Source: an uncultured Gemmatimonadaceae bacterium
Lineage (GTDB): Bacteria; Gemmatimonadota; Gemmatimonadetes; Gemmatimonadales; Gemmatimonadaceae
Assembly (NCBI GenBank): GCA_963817955.1
Contig: CAWFQK010000005.1
Location: forward strand, 1 to 64,000
Length of the DNA stretch: 64,000 bases
Direction of reading: 5' to 3'
A program made the translations under genes and the position numbers. The notes beneath the pieces are model-generated. The model saw only the letters and a list, made by a program, of their open reading frames with translations, did no database searches and was not told the DNA's origin. Below are positions 58,570 through 64,000 of the stretch, one piece after another. Within the stretch, counting starts at the first letter, position 1. Each line of letters starts with the position of its first letter.

Positions 58570-58725
58570 TCACGGCCTCGGTGGCGGGTCGTCGTCGTGC
58601 AGCATGCGCACACTCGGTGTGTCGAGGTCGTCGAACTGACCGCGGGCAGTGGCCCAGACAAACGCCGCCACGGCGACGCCGACGATGAGAAGGGCAAGCG
58701 GGAGGACGATATACAGAACGCTCAT
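58570..58725 (-). CDS. ccoS: cbb3 oxidase assembly protein CcoS
   Basis: [16 protein letters not shown]...MLHDD. Confidence 0.93.
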   Translation of the reverse strand: MSVLYIVLPLALLIVGVAVAAFVWATARGQFDDLDTPSVRMLHDDDPPPRP

Positions 58726-61166
58726 GTCTCCTCTCTGAATGTTCTCGCTCGCCATGACGTGAGCACGACGGTGATCGAGCTGGCCGGCATCAGCACGGCA
58801 GCGACGAGCGGCGTGAGCCGCCCCGCGACGGCCATACCGGCGCCCAGGATGTTGTAAGCGAGGGCGAACGCGACATTCCATTCGATGACACGCAGGGTGC
58901 GTTGCGCGCCGTCGATGAGCCGCACTAACGGCTCCAGGCCAGGGCGCGTGAGGTAGACGTCCGCCGCCGCGAGGCAAGCTTCCGCTCCGCCATGCACGCC
59001 GACACCAACCGAGGCTGCCGCCATGGCCGCGGCGTCGTTGATGCCGTCGCCAACCATGACGACGGGCCCGCGCGCCCGAGCGGCTTCGATCACCTGCCGT
59101 TTGACTTCCGGTGTCGCACCACCGATGCAGCGCTCCGGCGGGATGCCGACGAATGCTCCGACGTCGCGGGCCACGGCCGCCGAATCTCCCGACAGTAGGC
59201 TGATTGTCCAGCCCCGGTCGCGCAGACGCGCAATGGAGACGCGCGCATCTGCGCGTACCGGATCGCCAATACGGCCGCGTGCGACGACGACGCCATCGAC
59301 GGCAACGGCGACCGGTGTGAGCGCGCCCCCATGGCTATCGCTCGTCTCGCCTCCTCGCGCGTGGCGTGCAACGAATGCCGGCGCTCCGATCACCACATCG
59401 TGTCCTTCCACACGACCGGCGATGCCGTCGCCCATCGCGTGCGATACGCGGCTCGCGGCCGCCGGTGACACCTCTGGCCAGGCACGCTGGAACGCGGAGG
59501 CGATCGGGTGAGACGATCCGTGCTCGAGCGCGAGCACGAGCGGACGCACCCAATCAGGGCCAGTCCATGCCACGAGCGTCGTACGCGCTTCCGTGATCGT
59601 TCCGGTCTTGTCGAGAAAGAGATGCCCGGGACGAGCGAGGCGTTCCAGCGCGTCGCCGCCCTTCACGAACATGCCCGAACGCGCGGCCCGGCCGATCGCC
59701 ACTGACACGGCGAGCGGCGTGGACAACGCGAGTGCACACGGGCAGGTCACGATGAGCACCGCGACGGCGGTGTCGACGGCGCGCGAGGGATCCACGAGGC
59801 GCCACACGACGAACGTCGCCGCGGCGAGCACCAGGACGGCTCCGACGAACCACGCCGCCAGGCGATTGGCCAGCAGCACGATCGGTGCGCGGCGAGCCGC
59901 ACTCTCTTCCACCTGCCGCATGATCTTCGCCACACGGCTCGTTTCGCCCGCTTGTGTCACGCGAGCCTGCACCGGTGTCGAGAGGTTCACCGTGCCCGCG
60001 AACACGGCTCCGCCCTCGCACACTGACACCGGGCGAGACTCGCCGGTGAGCAGCGACAGATCCACCTGCGTCGAACCCGAGACGATCACGGCGTCGGCGG
60101 CAAACGTCTCGCCGGCGCGAACATCCATGCGCATGCCAGGGAGCAGCGCTTGCGCCGGTATCTCCTGGACGCCGCCAGCCTCGCCAACGACGCGAGCCGT
60201 GCTCGGCGTGAGCGAGAACAGCAGCTCGGAGCTGTCCGCGGCGGCGCGCTGCCCCCGCTGCTGCAGATAGCGACCGACGAGGAGCGCAAAGATCAGCGCC
60301 GCCAAACCATCGAAGTAGATCGGGCCAGACCCTCGGATGGTGTTGATCGCGCCCTGCGTATACCCGGCCGCCAATCCGAGGGCGATAGGAACATCCATGT
60401 GCAGCGTGCGAGCGCGGAGGGCCGACCAGGCTCCCGCGAGGAAGACTCGGCCCGGCCAGAACAGCGCCGGCGTGACGAGCCCGAAGCTGATCCAGCGGAA
60501 GAATCGTGTGAACTGCGCGTCCATGCCGCCAATCCAGCCGCTGTACAGCGCCAGCGCGGCGAGCATCACATTGACGGCAATCGCACCGGCAACACCGATG
60601 CGCACGAGCATGGCGCGGTCCTCGCGCCTCCGCATGGCATCACGGGTCACCCCGCGAAACGGATGCGGTGCGTAGCCAAGCGAATCGAGCGTGCGCGCGA
60701 TGGCCGACAACCGGACGGTCGACGGATTCCACACGACGCGGGCCAGCGACCGGCGGATTTCGAGTTCGGTCCTCTGCACACCGGCAATGACGAGTGGCAC
60801 ACGCTCTACCAGCCACACGCATGACGCACAGTGTACGCCCTCGAGATACAGCTCGATTTCCGCCAGCCCGTCCGGCAGGGCGCGAACGTACAACTCGCTG
60901 AATGCGGCGTGATCGAACTCGTCGAAGTTTCTGCCACTCACGCGCACCGGCGAATCGCGGCGTTCGGCGAAATCGTAGTAGTGATCCAGCCCATGGTCGT
61001 GCAGGATCGCAAACGCGGTGCGACATCCCGTGCAGCAGAATTGCGTGGTTTCCTGCAGGTCGACCGCGCCAAGTGGCACGTCGAGTCCACAGTGTGTGCA
61101 TGTCGTGCGCGCCGTTGCCGGCGAGCCCACGAGTGACGCCAGTGACATCGTGTCACCGATCGGCAT
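58722..61166 (-). CDS. ccoI: heavy-metal P-type ATPase CcoI/FixI
   Basis: CTHCG, FCCTGC, CASC, CPC, DKTGT, GDGIND. Confidence 0.93.
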   Translation of the reverse strand: MPIGDTMSLASLVGSPATARTTCTHCGLDVPLGAVDLQETTQFCCTGCRTAFAILHDHGLDHYYDFAERRDSPVRVSGRNFDEFDHAAFSELYVRALPDGLAEIELYLEGVHCASCVWLVERVPLVIAGVQRTELEIRRSLARVVWNPSTVRLSAIARTLDSLGYAPHPFRGVTRDAMRRREDRAMLVRIGVAGAIAVNVMLAALALYSGWIGGMDAQFTRFFRWISFGLVTPALFWPGRVFLAGAWSALRARTLHMDVPIALGLAAGYTQGAINTIRGSGPIYFDGLAALIFALLVGRYLQQRGQRAAADSSELLFSLTPSTARVVGEAGGVQEIPAQALLPGMRMDVRAGETFAADAVIVSGSTQVDLSLLTGESRPVSVCEGGAVFAGTVNLSTPVQARVTQAGETSRVAKIMRQVEESAARRAPIVLLANRLAAWFVGAVLVLAAATFVVWRLVDPSRAVDTAVAVLIVTCPCALALSTPLAVSVAIGRAARSGMFVKGGDALERLARPGHLFLDKTGTITEARTTLVAWTGPDWVRPLVLALEHGSSHPIASAFQRAWPEVSPAAASRVSHAMGDGIAGRVEGHDVVIGAPAFVARHARGGETSDSHGGALTPVAVAVDGVVVARGRIGDPVRADARVSIARLRDRGWTISLLSGDSAAVARDVGAFVGIPPERCIGGATPEVKRQVIEAARARGPVVMVGDGINDAAAMAAASVGVGVHGGAEACLAAADVYLTRPGLEPLVRLIDGAQRTLRVIEWNVAFALAYNILGAGMAVAGRLTPLVAAVLMPASSITVVLTSWRARTFREET

Positions 61167-61857
61167 GCACGCCGCTCATGTGCGCATGTTGACCGATGGC
61201 CGGTGGGTGAAGCTTGCCGGCGATCGACAGGAGCCCGAGCACCAGCACGACTGTGGCGCTGACAACGGGAAGCCGGCGACGCATGGGGCCGAACAGCCGC
61301 GCCGCACCAGCGCCGATGACGACCAGCGCTGGTACCGTTCCCACCCAGAACGCCATCATCACACCGGCGCCGGCCAGTGCGCTCCCGGTGCCTCCCGCCA
61401 CGACGACGAATGTGTATAGCCATCCGCACGGCAGCAGCGTCGTGAGGAGTCCAATGAGCATCGCACGCGCGGCGGGGCGGCGGTCGCGCCCCGCGACGAG
61501 CAATTGGCCAATGAAACGCCGCGCCCACTCCGGCGCGAGCGTCACGGGAACACGGAGGCCAACGGTGGCGCCGATCGCGCTGCCCGCCCACAGGATCATC
61601 AGCACACCGGCGACCACGGCCGCCAACTGCCCGACGCCTGCCAGATGACCCACGTCGTTCACTCGTGCGCCCGCCACGCCGGCGAGGGCCCCGAGCAACA
61701 CGTACGACACCAAACGTCCACCATTGTATGATGCATGCGTGTGCCACGTGCGGGTGGCATCCGCCGGACTGTACAGGCAGGTGAACGCACCGCACATCGC
61801 GGCACAGTGCACGCTTCCCAAGAGGCTCGCCACGAGGATCCCGACGACGAGGGTCAC
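61153..61857 (-). CDS. sulfite exporter TauE/SafE (DsbD_2) family protein
   Basis: GSVHCAAMCG, YNGGRLVSY, LLPCGWLY. Confidence 0.9.
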   Translation of the reverse strand: MTLVVGILVASLLGSVHCAAMCGAFTCLYSPADATRTWHTHASYNGGRLVSYVLLGALAGVAGARVNDVGHLAGVGQLAAVVAGVLMILWAGSAIGATVGLRVPVTLAPEWARRFIGQLLVAGRDRRPAARAMLIGLLTTLLPCGWLYTFVVVAGGTGSALAGAGVMMAFWVGTVPALVVIGAGAARLFGPMRRRLPVVSATVVLVLGLLSIAGKLHPPAIGQHAHMSGVHADR

Positions 61858-62342
61858 GTGGTTCGACCAGCGGCGACTGCCTCGATTCGGGAGATGCTCG
61901 TGAAGCGCTGTGCTCCGCGCGACACGTCGAAGCGGAATTCCCATTCGCCGGTTTGGGTGACCGGCAGTTGCACAGAATACGCAGCGGGTCTGCGATCGAG
62001 CGTGGCATGGACGATGGCCGACGCGCGTGCGTTGTAGAACGCGGAGACCCGTACCGTCGCGTCGCGAATCGGCGCTCCGACGGAATCGACGAGCACGACA
62101 TCGAGCCGGGCCCCGTTGTTCGATGACATGGCCCCGAGTCGCGGCTGCAGACGCCAGCCAAGCCGCTGGTTCTCACGCGCCTGAGCCATGGTGCTGTCCC
62201 AACCGATCGCCTTCTTGTAGTAATCCTGCTCGACGGAGAATGACGGATCGTCGCCGGCGATCACCGCCATGCAGACATCCACACCGACCGTCGTGGCGAG
62301 AATCGCCATGACCGCAATGGGCCATCCCGCTCCGCGCTTCAT
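61854..62342 (-). CDS. fixH: FixH family protein
   Basis: WP + TM, DYYKKAIGWD, GEWEF; position in the cco cluster. Confidence 0.85.
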   Translation of the reverse strand: MKRGAGWPIAVMAILATTVGVDVCMAVIAGDDPSFSVEQDYYKKAIGWDSTMAQARENQRLGWRLQPRLGAMSSNNGARLDVVLVDSVGAPIRDATVRVSAFYNARASAIVHATLDRRPAAYSVQLPVTQTGEWEFRFDVSRGAQRFTSISRIEAVAAGRTT

Positions 62343-63769
62343 CGATGTCCCTCCCGTGCGCGTCGTTCCGACTCGTCCTGCTGCTCCTTCTCGGGACCTA
62401 CCAGGCGATAGGGAATCGTCTCGTGATATCTGGCTTCGTCGGTCACGGTGAGCATCACATGGCGTTCGCCATCGTGAAACGCGGATTCCGGCACCAGAAT
62501 GAACAGGCTGGTCGTCTCGGTTGCGCCAGAGGCCACGGACAGCGGCAGCCCGGGTTCGATGACCTGGGCATCCTCCGCCCCGGTGACGGCGACGCGGTAC
62601 TGATGGTCGACGCGCGAGCGATTGGTGATCTTCACTCGCACTTGATTGGCGACGCGGCCGTCGGCTTCGATCACGTACGGCTCCCCCTGTCCGCGCAGCA
62701 CGGTGACGTCCGCCGGGGGCTCGGTATCGAGCGCATACACGAAACCGCCGAGACTCAGCGCGAGCGCCAATGGATAGAGCACGACGCGCGGGCGCAGCCG
62801 CCGAACGCGTTCACCCATCAATGCCGCCGTCGATGTGTAACGAATGAGTCCGCGAGGCTTGTCGATACGTGCCATGATGCCGTCGCACGCATCGGCGCAT
62901 TGGGCGCAATGGATGCACTCCATCTGCAACCCGTCACGAATGTCGATGCCAGTGGGACACGTGAGCGTACAGGCGCCGCAATCGATACAGTCTCCGGCAT
63001 CCGGGGGACGCACCTTCCCTTTCATGCGCGGCTCGCCGCGCGCACGATCGTAGGCGACAACGAGCGACTGCTTGTCGAGGAGCACTGATTGCCAGCGCCC
63101 GTACGGGCAGGCGACGATACACGTCTGTTCGCGAAAGAACGTGAAGTCGAATACGATCGCCGCCGTCACCAGCGCCATGATGGCGAACGACGTCGGATGC
63201 TGCACGGGGGAGCGGCGCACCCAGTCTGCGAGCTGGTCCACTCCCACGAAGTAGGCGAGGAACGTGTGTGCGAGGAACAGCGCGAGCACGAGGTAGACGC
63301 TGTACTTCGCGAGACGCCGCGGGTGCAGCTGGCCGCGCGCGTGCTCCTTGTCCAACTGTACCGAGCCACTCCGGCCTCCTTCCAGCCACCGCTCGAGCGG
63401 CCGAAAGAGGAACTCCATGTACACCGTCTGCGGGCACGCCCAGCCGCACCACACCCGGCCGAACAGCGCCGTGAGCAGGAAGATGGTGATCAACACGCTG
63501 GCAATGAGCAGCATGAGCAGCAACGTGTCGGTCGGCAGGAACGTGGCGCCAAAGAAGGTGAATTGGCGCTCTGGCAGATCGAGCAGGATGAGCGGCTTTC
63601 CTCTCATCCGCACATACGGGATGACAAAGAACACGAGCATCAATCCGTACGCTGTGATACGCCGGCGTCGAAAGTACTTCCCGTATGACGGCTTGGGCCG
63701 CAGCCAACGGCGCGACCCGTCTTCATTCAGAGTCGGCAGTACGCGGCCGACTACCGCCGGCGCGCTCAT
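62339..63769 (-). CDS. ccoG: cytochrome c oxidase accessory protein CcoG
   Basis: GRVWCGWACPQT, CPYGR, CIDCGACTLTCP, CIHCAQCADAC. Confidence 0.95.
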   Translation of the reverse strand: MSAPAVVGRVLPTLNEDGSRRWLRPKPSYGKYFRRRRITAYGLMLVFFVIPYVRMRGKPLILLDLPERQFTFFGATFLPTDTLLLMLLIASVLITIFLLTALFGRVWCGWACPQTVYMEFLFRPLERWLEGGRSGSVQLDKEHARGQLHPRRLAKYSVYLVLALFLAHTFLAYFVGVDQLADWVRRSPVQHPTSFAIMALVTAAIVFDFTFFREQTCIVACPYGRWQSVLLDKQSLVVAYDRARGEPRMKGKVRPPDAGDCIDCGACTLTCPTGIDIRDGLQMECIHCAQCADACDGIMARIDKPRGLIRYTSTAALMGERVRRLRPRVVLYPLALALSLGGFVYALDTEPPADVTVLRGQGEPYVIEADGRVANQVRVKITNRSRVDHQYRVAVTGAEDAQVIEPGLPLSVASGATETTSLFILVPESAFHDGERHVMLTVTDEARYHETIPYRLVGPEKEQQDESERRAREGHR

Positions 63770-64000
63770 CGTGCCGTTACCAGCACTCCTTGGGGGGCTT
63801 TCGGATTCTTTGGCGTCGTGCCTTCGAGCGACTTCACATAGACGACGACGTCTTTGACCTGATCGGGCTTGATCAACTTGCCCCAATTCGGCATACCCTT
63901 CGCGAGGACCCCTTCGCTCACCGTCTTGTAGATCTCAGGCAACGAATTGCCGTGCAGCCAATACGCGTCAGTGAGATTGGGACCGATGATCCCGCCGCCG
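63766..64000 (-). CDS. ccoP: cbb3 oxidase subunit III C-terminus (partial, runs off window)
   Basis: Manual translation GGGIIGPNLTDAYWLHG...KGMPNWG...KAPQG; stop overlaps the ccoG ATG. Confidence 0.88.
   Translation of the reverse strand, partial: GGGIIGPNLTDAYWLHGNSLPEIYKTVSEGVLAKGMPNWGKLIKPDQVKDVVVYVKSLEGTTPKNPKAPQGVLVTAR

Overview
GC-rich bacterial chromosomal window. The gene content suggests Gemmatimonadota, but that is an inference. Positions 1-5470 are an accessory hotspot directly downstream of pilC. It holds a HipA/HTH toxin-antitoxin pair and a 2.35-kb transposase-less unit (3094-5444) with TGT...ACA ends and three 17-bp subterminal repeats per end, like Tn7/Tn5053 ends. That unit carries a metallophosphoesterase and an HTH-nucleotidyltransferase/HEPN-like pair. 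The remainder is mostly core genes: pilBTC, a serA-FAD oxidase-serB-aminotransferase operon, peptidases, lptFG-mlaED, ctaAB, a FabF/cyclase/methyltransferase cluster, an aquaporin, hemBCD, ccmABCD, acs, dsbA-VKOR, csp-rpsU and the cbb3-oxidase assembly genes. Intergenic DNA carries a repeat system: a ~230-bp hairpin element (5 full or partial copies, one interrupted by an IS481-family element), heptamer arrays starting at TAG stop codons, and 21-bp-periodic blocks. Several genes look like degenerate enzymes, and two have +1 frameshifts (hemB, phosphoesterase) that may be sequencing errors. No rRNA, tRNA or CRISPR array was recognised.
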